From a virus (Duplodnaviria > Heunggongvirae > Uroviricota > Caudoviricetes), in the IMG/VR virus record IMGVR_UViG_3300042564_004235: a DNA stretch of 10,159 nt; one strand, written 5' to 3'. The notes below the pieces were generated by a model. That model was given only the letters and a program-made list of their open reading frames with translations, was not told where the DNA came from and made no database searches. Shown here piece after piece: positions 1 to 7,334 of the stretch; positions within the stretch are counted from its first letter, which is position 1, and every line of letters begins with the position of its first letter. Both the position numbers and the translations under genes were made by a program.

Positions 1-1
1 A

Positions 2-505
2 AAAGTTTTAGATAATACTAACGTATTAGAAGACTTTATTAAGTGGATGTCCACAAATAGAAATAAGTTATTTAAAGACGGATCAATACTTGATTCATTA
101 ATTGAAAAAAATATTGAATCACTTTATCAAGGAGAATTAAATGAAAGAAAGGCTTATGATTATCTATCAAAAATATTAGAAAACTTACCTAATTGGAAAT
201 TAAAAGGAAGATCGGTTCCTGGTTCAAAAACCGATAGAGACGGGGTTGATTTTGTTATGGAACATGTAAAAACAGGAAAGATGGCAAAGTTTCAAGTAAA
301 ACCTTTAGGTTATTTTAAAAGGGTCGGTAAATTCTATAAAGTTAAAAGTTATAACATCAAAAATATAGATAAAAAACCTGTTGATTACTTTGTTTTTGCA
401 TCTAATGATCAAGAAGATGTATTTATATTTAAAAATGAGATTGGTAAATATACAATCTTAGATAAAGACACGGTTCAGTTTGAAGAACCACCAATTAAGT
501 TTTAA
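2..505 (+). CDS. 5'-partial putative PD-(D/E)xK (restriction-endonuclease-like) nuclease-domain protein
   Basis: The frame of ORF 47..505 is open back to nt 2 (KVLDNTNVLEDFIKWM...), so the real start probably lies left of the window. It has the motif order GE..E helix, DRDGVDF, then FQVK, typical of PD-(D/E)xK folds with a QxK variant. Motif recognition only. Confidence 0.55.
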   Translation, partial: KVLDNTNVLEDFIKWMSTNRNKLFKDGSILDSLIEKNIESLYQGELNERKAYDYLSKILENLPNWKLKGRSVPGSKTDRDGVDFVMEHVKTGKMAKFQVKPLGYFKRVGKFYKVKSYNIKNIDKKPVDYFVFASNDQEDVFIFKNEIGKYTILDKDTVQFEEPPIKF

Positions 506-508
506 GTA

Positions 509-1537
509 ATGAGTGACGCAGCAAGAGAACTATTAGATGAATTTAATGAAGGAAATTGGGATGAAGTTGGCTCGTATTTCAACGACGACTTTAGTTTATT
601 TTTAGATTATTTAGAAAAAAATGGTTTAGAAGGAGAATTAGATTATGAAAGGGTTGACGACGAGTGGCAAAATATAATATTACTTCGTAAATTAGAAAAA
701 TACCCTCAAGAAACATTAAAATATATTTGTGATAATATAATTACAGACGTTTATCCAATGGAAGATGGGTATTATCTGCATTTAAACGATAGGACAGAAT
801 TGGCCGATTTATTTAAAACATATGGTAGAGACACTTCACCGTATGATGTTGCAAGGGCTGTTTTAGGTGAAGATTATTGGGAACCTTATTGGGACACAAC
901 TGATGACGTTTATAGAGATGTTATTGATGATTTAAATGAGGAAAATAAAAATCATTTAGCAAATTATATTGTAAAAAATATTGGAGATCAAGAACTACCA
1001 CTTGATGATTATGAAGACGCACTATTTCACCAATTTTCAGAAGAACAAGGAACTGAAGGTGTTTTTAAAATAACAAGTGAAAATGTAATGAAATTTATTA
1101 AGGATGAAGAAGCAATGAAAGAAATGTTCAGAAAAGACCTTGATGAATTAAAAAGTGAATTATATTCCATTCATAATAATGCATATAACGGAGCATATAC
1201 TGATGAAATATATAATAATGTTTGGAATGAACTTTCAGGATATTTTGAACCAAAATCATGGAAATACAATGAAAAAGAAAGATATGATGGTAAAAAAATC
1301 CAACAAGAGTATATTAAAATAAATGATTTTTATAGTGATATTTATACATTTTTAAGTGAAAATGAAGATAAACAGTATAGTGATCAGTCATTAGGATATT
1401 GGGGATCATATACTGGGTTTGTTTCAAATATGATGGATAATGGTGAAAGGGATTGGTTATCTTTTAGAATACCCGATTATCCTGATTGGACAAGAATTAA
1501 AAAGAACATAAATGATATTTTTGTTGATTATATCTAA
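509..1537 (+). CDS. Hypothetical, highly acidic 342-aa protein
   Basis: Long ORF starting 3 nt after the upstream stop, with its TAA overlapping the next ATG (TAATG). 18 of the first 52 residues are D/E and it is rich in Y/W/F. No family recognised and no N-terminal tag. Confidence 0.85.
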   Translation: MSDAARELLDEFNEGNWDEVGSYFNDDFSLFLDYLEKNGLEGELDYERVDDEWQNIILLRKLEKYPQETLKYICDNIITDVYPMEDGYYLHLNDRTELADLFKTYGRDTSPYDVARAVLGEDYWEPYWDTTDDVYRDVIDDLNEENKNHLANYIVKNIGDQELPLDDYEDALFHQFSEEQGTEGVFKITSENVMKFIKDEEAMKEMFRKDLDELKSELYSIHNNAYNGAYTDEIYNNVWNELSGYFEPKSWKYNEKERYDGKKIQQEYIKINDFYSDIYTFLSENEDKQYSDQSLGYWGSYTGFVSNMMDNGERDWLSFRIPDYPDWTRIKKNINDIFVDYI

Positions 1538-2568
1538 TGAAAGTAATAATAACACAAAAACAACTTCAACAAATTAGAGAAAACGCATCTAAAAAATTTA
1601 GTTGTGAGGGTAAGAATTGTGAACATTCTTGGGAGATAGAAAAAAAAGACGAACATCCCTATCTATGTCATATGTGTGGTTATGATTCTGCAAAAGAAAA
1701 ACATAACTACGACGAACTTGAAAACTTTTGGAAGAACTATAAAAAAGAAGAAGAGGTTACAGAAAAGTGGTCAGAGAAATATAAAAAAAGTATTAACTGT
1801 AGTAACCCAAAAGGTTTTTCTCAAAGAGCACATTGTCAAGGAAGAAAAAAGAATTTAAAAGAAGAATTTGAAAAAGAACAATTATTCAAAGAAGTTATTG
1901 AAAGAGATGTGAATGAATATGCATCAAACTATGAGTGGTGTGATGGAATAGAAATTGACATAAGAGAAACTAATTGGTTAACTGAAAAACAAAAACCTGT
2001 TTATGAATACAAAATAAAATTCAAAAACACTTCAATGGTTAGTTATAAAGAACAAGAAAATTTGTTTGATGATATTATGTTTGTTCATACCATGTATTTT
2101 CCTATAGAAGAAAGTGATGTTGATTGTTACATGTCAGTAAAATCAGTTTACCCTAATGGTGATGAAGGAGCATTTCCTTATAGTTATGATAATTATAATG
2201 AACAAATAACAGAATCGGAAGAAAAAGAAGATAAACTAAAAATAAGTGGTTACGACTTAGATAAAATAAAACAAGCCCTTCAAATGTTATCTCAAGTTTC
2301 TGAATCTGTTGGAGAATTTGTTCCATTAGAATTTAAACTTTATGGGTATCAGTTAAGAACCAACGATTTTGGTAAAAGACTAGATCTATATATTGATGTT
2401 GATAAAGATGGTGATGTTTATAATACTATGAGTAGAATTTGGTATGAAATAGGGCAGCAGTTATTAGAAATATTTCAAATGTTAGGGATTAGAGATGAAA
2501 GATATATGAAACCTATGTATGATTTTAAATTTAATAAAAGACCACTATATAATATTGAAACTGTTTGA
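1537..2568 (+). CDS. Tagged multi-module protein: leader, C4 zinc-ribbon-like module, basic KWS..CxNPKGFSQRAHC module, two acidic modules
   Basis: Begins MKVIITQKQLQQIRE. Contains C23-x4-C28...C44-x2-C47 and KWSEKYKKSINCSNPKGFSQRAHCQGRKK (aa 77-105). Coupled to the upstream gene by TAATG. Confidence 0.8.
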   Translation: MKVIITQKQLQQIRENASKKFSCEGKNCEHSWEIEKKDEHPYLCHMCGYDSAKEKHNYDELENFWKNYKKEEEVTEKWSEKYKKSINCSNPKGFSQRAHCQGRKKNLKEEFEKEQLFKEVIERDVNEYASNYEWCDGIEIDIRETNWLTEKQKPVYEYKIKFKNTSMVSYKEQENLFDDIMFVHTMYFPIEESDVDCYMSVKSVYPNGDEGAFPYSYDNYNEQITESEEKEDKLKISGYDLDKIKQALQMLSQVSESVGEFVPLEFKLYGYQLRTNDFGKRLDLYIDVDKDGDVYNTMSRIWYEIGQQLLEIFQMLGIRDERYMKPMYDFKFNKRPLYNIETV

Positions 2569-2595
2569 TTATTCAAAAAAGAATTTATATATTTG
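2564..2595 (+). promoter_or_regulatory. Bacteroidota primary-sigma promoter (-33 TTTG / -7 TAnnTTTG)
   Basis: TTTG at 2564-2567, 20-nt spacer, TATATTTG at 2588-2595, upstream of ATG 2631. Matches the Bacteroides/Flavobacterium consensus and its 19-21 nt spacing. Confidence 0.75.
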
Positions 2596-2630
2596 TACTA
2601 TTATAAATCATTTAAAAATAAACAAAAATT

Positions 2631-2882
2631 ATGGCAACAAAATCAGGAAACAAAGGACGTTACATTTGCAAAGTTGGTTATTTAGACATCTACGCTAAAG
2701 ATAGTTTAAAACCTAAAAAAGAAACTAAATATAAGTTTGTTAAGGCGGATGTTAAATCTACGGTTTATAACATTTTACATGGTAAAAAACTGACAACCGC
2801 TAATCTAAAAACAAAAGATGAAGCAGTTGCCAAGGCGATAGAATTGATGGGTGATAAGGCGGCACTTTACGGGTTAATTTAA
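2631..2882 (+). CDS. Small basic hypothetical protein (83 aa) in its own transcription unit
   Basis: Lys-rich ORF with an A-rich leader and no SD, flanked by a host-type promoter and an intrinsic terminator. No family recognised. Confidence 0.8.
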   Translation: MATKSGNKGRYICKVGYLDIYAKDSLKPKKETKYKFVKADVKSTVYNILHGKKLTTANLKTKDEAVAKAIELMGDKAALYGLI

Positions 2883-2900
2883 ACCCATCTAATATATAGT

Positions 2901-2940
2901 AAAAAGGTCAGGACGAACTCCTGACTTTTTTTGTTTTTTT
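2901..2940 (+). terminator. Rho-independent terminator
   Basis: Stem GTCAGGA (2907-2913) / TCCTGAC (2919-2925), loop CGAAC, followed by a long T tract and preceded by an A tract (possibly bidirectional). Confidence 0.85.
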
Positions 2941-2942
2941 AG

Positions 2943-2949
2943 TATTTAT
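2943..2949 (+). promoter_or_regulatory. TATTTAT motif 4 nt before the start codon; candidate phage late promoter or initiation element
   Basis: Lies between the terminator and ATG 2954. The same motif has the same 4-nt spacing at 7938-7944 (ATG 7949) and 5-nt spacing at 10052-10058 (ATG 10064). The 7-mer is common by chance in AT-rich DNA, so only its position supports the call. Confidence 0.4.
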
Positions 2950-2953
2950 TATT

Positions 2954-4465
2954 ATGGAGTTTAAAAAACGTGATTTATTGGTAGAAGACAATAGTGAAGA
3001 GGGAATCTTTAAAAAAGTGATGTCTAAATTAAAAGACGTTAAAGATAGGGCGCAATCCGAAATAAAAGAAACAAGAGCGTTAGTTAGAATATTAACTCAC
3101 GCAGTAAAATCATACGCAAAAGATAGAGAATTTGATTTAAACAAGGAAGATAAAGATTTTATCAAAGGACAATCCGCCGATGTTATAAGAACATTAGTTT
3201 TAACTATTGTTGCTATAATACCAATACCAATTCCATTAACACCATTTCTAATTATATTTGGAAAAAAAATCGGAATAGATTTAACACCAAAAGAACAAGT
3301 GATACCTGATAAAGGAAAACCAAAAAAAGATAAGATAGAAGAATCAAAAAAATTAAACATTATAATATCGGAAGAACAATATAATATTTTAAACGAAGTT
3401 GTTAAACCAAAAAATATTATATTATCGCTTTGTAAAAGACAAAAAGAACGAAACATATATTGTGATTTATATGATTTTTATTTAACTCTTGATCCTGAAA
3501 ATACACAACCGACTTTAGAGGCCACAATTGAAGAATTAAACGACTATTTTAAATACAAAAAAGTTGGTATGTTTCCAATACTTGTTAAATTAGCTCTTCA
3601 GAATAAAGAAAAAACTGTATCATATTTAAAACTGATTTCTGAATTTATAGATAGAAAACAATTTGATAAGACAGAAACAAAAAGAATAATAAACAAACAA
3701 AGAAACAGGACGGATATTTCAGTTAAAGATGTTGAACAATTGGCTAAAGATGCCAGAAGATTAGAACATCAAAAATATGAAGAAAGGTTTCACGGAGACT
3801 ATTTCAAAAAGAAATCAACATTTTTAAGACTAAATTATTCTTGTGATGATGATGTTAAAGAGAGTTTGTTCAATATTCTTACAAGAGTTGGCTCAAAAGA
3901 AAGGACAATAGATGAAGTTTTTGAACAAGTAAAAAGATGTATTTTACAAACATTTGATAAAGGAATATATTATGTCAAGGCGGATTTAGAATCCACATCA
4001 AATTTTGTTTGTAGTGGAGAAACAATTTTTAATGCCGGCAGCAACTTTGAGGTTAAAAAAATGGATCCATTTGTTGATAGTTATTTATCTGAATTTTTAT
4101 CAATCTTCAAAGAAACAGAAAAAATTCAATTTAAAGGAGAATACATAGGAATTTATAATGAGTTAATTCAAAGATTATATGAATGGCTTATTTCTTCAGA
4201 AGAGGCTAATGCGTATATAGAAAAGGTGAAGTCTCAAATAACAGGAATCATTTACGAAAATGATATAATAGTTCCAATACAATATATAGATTTATACTGG
4301 TCTAATAAAGGTCAAAGAGGTTGTGACGAAAAAAGATTGTCAATAAGATTTAAAATAAAAAATGATGTGGGGAGTGAAATACAAACATATAGATTTATTA
4401 ATAGTAACGAATTATCGCTCGTAACTAAAAAAGTCTCAACATCACAAAAAATAGTTTGCCCATGA
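2954..4465 (+). CDS. 503-aa fusion protein: LETM1-like hydrophobic domain, internal copy of the leader tag, possible PD-(D/E)xK nuclease-like C-terminal region
   Basis: aa 36-112 (EIKETRALVRIL...LNKEDKDFIKGQSADVIRTLVLTIVAIIPIPIPLTPFLII) resembles, from memory, the LETM1-related segment. aa 134-148 LNIIISEEQYNILNE matches the tag. KAD344...E366-V-K368 fits a D...ExK motif. The stop TGA overlaps the next ATG (ATGA). Confidence 0.7.
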   Translation: MEFKKRDLLVEDNSEEGIFKKVMSKLKDVKDRAQSEIKETRALVRILTHAVKSYAKDREFDLNKEDKDFIKGQSADVIRTLVLTIVAIIPIPIPLTPFLIIFGKKIGIDLTPKEQVIPDKGKPKKDKIEESKKLNIIISEEQYNILNEVVKPKNIILSLCKRQKERNIYCDLYDFYLTLDPENTQPTLEATIEELNDYFKYKKVGMFPILVKLALQNKEKTVSYLKLISEFIDRKQFDKTETKRIINKQRNRTDISVKDVEQLAKDARRLEHQKYEERFHGDYFKKKSTFLRLNYSCDDDVKESLFNILTRVGSKERTIDEVFEQVKRCILQTFDKGIYYVKADLESTSNFVCSGETIFNAGSNFEVKKMDPFVDSYLSEFLSIFKETEKIQFKGEYIGIYNELIQRLYEWLISSEEANAYIEKVKSQITGIIYENDIIVPIQYIDLYWSNKGQRGCDEKRLSIRFKIKNDVGSEIQTYRFINSNELSLVTKKVSTSQKIVCP

Positions 4466-5430
4466 AAATAATATTAACTGAAACACAATATAAAAATTTG
4501 ATGGAGGGATTAGCTGATGATGATGTATTCAGAGACACCATTAAAGGTTATGAATCTACAGTTACGGATTCAAGTGGACAACATTATACTTTTGATGATA
4601 AAGACCCAAAAAATCCGAAGACTTTTGTTAAATCATCTGCAGATAAAAAAGGTGGAACATTAACAATTGGTTGGGGACATACAGGGGAAACCGCAAAACC
4701 AGGTAAAAAAATATCAAATAGTAATGCTGAAGAATTATTAACAAGTGATATAACAAAAGAAGAAAATAAGGCAAAAACAATTTTTCCTAAGTATACTTCA
4801 TATCCACTATATGTACAAAGAGCGTTAGTAAATGCCGTTTATAGGGGAGAAGCGAAAAGTACATATGAATGGGTTAAGTCGGTAAATTCGGGTAAATGGA
4901 TTACCGCGGCAAAAGAATATTTAGAAGGTTGGGACATTGATTTTTCTCAAGCAAATAATCCAAAATATAAAGGGGGCGTTGCCGACAGAATGGTTACTAA
5001 CCAAAAAGCCTTTGAAAAATACGGAGAAGAATTAAAAAAAGGTAAAACAACCACGACCACCACAAAAAAAGAAACCACCACAACTGAATTAACATATTCA
5101 ACAGAAGGTATAAGTTATATAATGTTAGAAAACGAATTGGCGAGTTTAACTGCCGGAAAGAAATACAAAGTTCACCGATTCCCTAAAGATAGTTTTTTTG
5201 ATTTTAGATTAGAAGTTGGTCCATACCCACCATCAAAAAAAGAAGGTAGGTATTTAGTTTTTTTTAGAAATGGTGTTATTAAATGGTATAATGGAAATGA
5301 ATTCTCAGGAAGAGGTAGTTGGGGATATAATATAGATCAGAATAAATGGAGAATAATAGGTAAAAATGGAGAAATAAGTTTATCTACCGCTATCAATAAT
5401 CCCGTTAATAATTTTGCAAACGTAGCATAA
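4462..5430 (+). CDS. Tagged GH24 (T4-type phage lysozyme) muramidase with Thr-rich linker and unknown C-terminal domain
   Basis: ATG 4462 (ATGA overlap) is preferred over TTG 4456 because it begins the tag MKIILTETQYKNLME. Lysozyme motifs: IKGYE31, YTFD45D46, T68IGWGH, AEELLTSD, ALVNAVY, VNSGKWITAAKEYL. Linker TTTTTTKKETTTTE. Confidence 0.8.
   Translation: MKIILTETQYKNLMEGLADDDVFRDTIKGYESTVTDSSGQHYTFDDKDPKNPKTFVKSSADKKGGTLTIGWGHTGETAKPGKKISNSNAEELLTSDITKEENKAKTIFPKYTSYPLYVQRALVNAVYRGEAKSTYEWVKSVNSGKWITAAKEYLEGWDIDFSQANNPKYKGGVADRMVTNQKAFEKYGEELKKGKTTTTTTKKETTTTELTYSTEGISYIMLENELASLTAGKKYKVHRFPKDSFFDFRLEVGPYPPSKKEGRYLVFFRNGVIKWYNGNEFSGRGSWGYNIDQNKWRIIGKNGEISLSTAINNPVNNFANVA
5047..5088 (+). 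repeat. Low-complexity Thr-codon run encoding an interdomain linker
   Basis: aca acc acg acc acc aca aaa aaa gaa acc acc aca act gaa encodes TTTTTTKKETTTTE. Confidence 0.7.
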
Positions 5431-6000
5431 ATGAAAGTAATACTAACTGAAGCACAATATAGAAGACTCACTGAGGAAAACCTTAGAGAGTTTTTGTATT
5501 CATTTTGGGACAACCAAAAAAGACAAGGTGAAGACCCATCTTTAGATGACATTATATTTCAGGTTACCAACATTATAAAAGGTAGTAGCGATGACCACAG
5601 AACAATTAGACCAATATGGTATGAATATAATGGAGGGTATGATGTGTTACTAAAAAAAATAGATGAAGAATTTTTAAATAAAGAGTTTCATTTAGAGGGT
5701 AGTGAAAATCTTAAAATGGATTTCAAAATTGATGGTATTGAATCATATGGTGAAGACGTATATGGTGGAATGGTTGACATTATTTGTCAAATATTGGATG
5801 GAACTGTTGATGGAAACTTTTATAATCAAGAAACTGAAGAGATGGAAATGGTTCCTAACATGTATATTGGAGATCAATACGCCGAATTAGAATACGATAC
5901 AGGAGATTTTGAAACTTTTTTAAGAGACGAGATACAAAGTTTTTTGGATCCCATAATGGAAAGGTATGGAATACCTTATCATCTTGAAATGCTTGTATAA
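5431..6000 (+). CDS. Tagged acidic hypothetical protein (189 aa), probable distant paralogue of 6000-6551
   Basis: Starts MKVILTEAQYRRLTE immediately after the upstream TAA. About 42 D/E versus about 16 K/R by manual count. Confidence 0.85.
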   Translation: MKVILTEAQYRRLTEENLREFLYSFWDNQKRQGEDPSLDDIIFQVTNIIKGSSDDHRTIRPIWYEYNGGYDVLLKKIDEEFLNKEFHLEGSENLKMDFKIDGIESYGEDVYGGMVDIICQILDGTVDGNFYNQETEEMEMVPNMYIGDQYAELEYDTGDFETFLRDEIQSFLDPIMERYGIPYHLEMLV

Positions 6001-6551
6001 TGAAAATAATAATAACAGAAAGACAGTATAAGATTTTAGAATCACAACAAGACGACGATCGTGTTGCGATGAAAGCACTTCACATTATTTGGCAAGATGA
6101 AATCGATTCAACAGGAGAAATTGATTTTGATCCAAAGATTGTAGATTACATAGGTTATAGACCAAAAGGAGGAGTTCATGAAATGTATAGAGACTTTCTT
6201 GGTGGTTGGGACAATATGGTTGAAAAATCATATGAACTAATGGATAGGACTTTTGATACTATGGATTATGATTTTAGGGGAGGATATGATTTTAGATTCA
6301 CAGTCCAAGGTAATAATGACTATGAAGAAGATAATTCAACATATGTTGATTGTCCAATTAAAAGTGACGGAAAAGTAACATTAATGACAGATGGTGAAAC
6401 ACATTTGTTAAGTGAACTTGAAGAAAATTATGATATGTGGTGGGAAGTTGAAAGTGAGATTAGATCACTGATTGAAGATATTTTATATAAAGAAGTTACA
6501 AAGAAAACAGGAATACTTGTTGAAGTAAATATGTGTTGGATAAAAGAATGA
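6000..6551 (+). CDS. Tagged acidic hypothetical protein (183 aa)
   Basis: Starts MKIIITERQYKILE with a TAATG overlap. About 42 of 183 residues are D/E by manual count. Confidence 0.85.
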   Translation: MKIIITERQYKILESQQDDDRVAMKALHIIWQDEIDSTGEIDFDPKIVDYIGYRPKGGVHEMYRDFLGGWDNMVEKSYELMDRTFDTMDYDFRGGYDFRFTVQGNNDYEEDNSTYVDCPIKSDGKVTLMTDGETHLLSELEENYDMWWEVESEIRSLIEDILYKEVTKKTGILVEVNMCWIKE

Positions 6552-6952
6552 AAATAATAATAACAGAAAGTCAGTATAAAATGTTGTTGGAATCAAATAC
6601 AGATTCCATGCAAAGTCTTATTGACATGGCTTTTGATCAGGTAAAAGAAAATTGTGAAGGTGGGTATTATATTAGATCACATCAAAATCTTATTTGTGAC
6701 CCTGTAGATATGATTGAAGAAATTAAAGTAGTGGACGTATCAAAAGTAACATCTATGGATTATTTTGAAAAAAATAAAATGGATGTTATACACATAAAAG
6801 TTAATTGTTATGTTGACTCAATATACGAATATAACAATTTAGATAACTTTATTTATGAACTACAAGCAGAGGCAAGAAACATTATTGGTGGTAGATTCAT
6901 TACTATAGAAATAGGAGAAATAATTAATAAAAGAAAAGACTTCAATTGGTAA
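6548..6952 (+). CDS. Tagged hypothetical protein (134 aa)
   Basis: Start reassigned from 6533 to ATG 6548 (ATGA overlap), which begins the tag MKIIITESQYKMLLE. Confidence 0.85.
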   Translation: MKIIITESQYKMLLESNTDSMQSLIDMAFDQVKENCEGGYYIRSHQNLICDPVDMIEEIKVVDVSKVTSMDYFEKNKMDVIHIKVNCYVDSIYEYNNLDNFIYELQAEARNIIGGRFITIEIGEIINKRKDFNW

Positions 6953-7326
6953 TGAAAATAATAATAACAGAATATCAGTATAACTTACTTCAAGAAACCT
7001 TTGGTAGGGATAGGTTTGATGCTGAATATGCCGACGAATACCCAAAGTATAAAGGTATGTTTATTAACTTAATTAAAATGGAAATCACCGCATCGGGACA
7101 GACGGAAGATTCTATATTATTGGGTGATTCGGATGGTAAAATTTTGGTTAGTTATAGGAAACCTAGTCGTACTCTTTATTATGATTATAATTGGGGTGAA
7201 GATATTGAAAAGTTAATGCCTTGGCATATTTATAATAGACATTTTAAATATGCATTATTTGATTTTTTTAAATCAATTTTTCCTGATGCTGCAATAAAAG
7301 AAGTAAGAGGTGCTCACGTAGCGTAA
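6952..7326 (+). CDS. Tagged hypothetical protein (124 aa)
   Basis: Start reassigned from TTG 6946 to ATG 6952 (TAATG overlap), which begins the tag MKIIITEYQYNLLQE. Confidence 0.85.
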   Translation: MKIIITEYQYNLLQETFGRDRFDAEYADEYPKYKGMFINLIKMEITASGQTEDSILLGDSDGKILVSYRKPSRTLYYDYNWGEDIEKLMPWHIYNRHFKYALFDFFKSIFPDAAIKEVRGAHVA

Positions 7327-7334
7327 TATTAAAT

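Noticed and set aside
1676-1858. Track ORFs 1676-1858 (+) and 5702-5890 (+)
   Set aside because: Both are short alternative-frame ORFs nested fully inside well-supported genes, with no motif or initiation context.
2954-2986. N-terminal L-x-E in untagged genes (MEFKKRDLLVE at 2954, MSDAARELLDE at 509, MRRLIKE at 10064) as shortened leaders
   Set aside because: [LI]-x-E is too frequent in these Glu-rich proteins to count without the rest of the motif. It is plausible but not supportable from this window.
4456-6951. Track start sites 4456 (TTG), 6533 (GTG/alternative upstream start) and 6946 (TTG)
   Set aside because: Downstream ATGs at 4462, 6548 and 6952 begin the conserved leader and give canonical ATGA or TAATG coupling.
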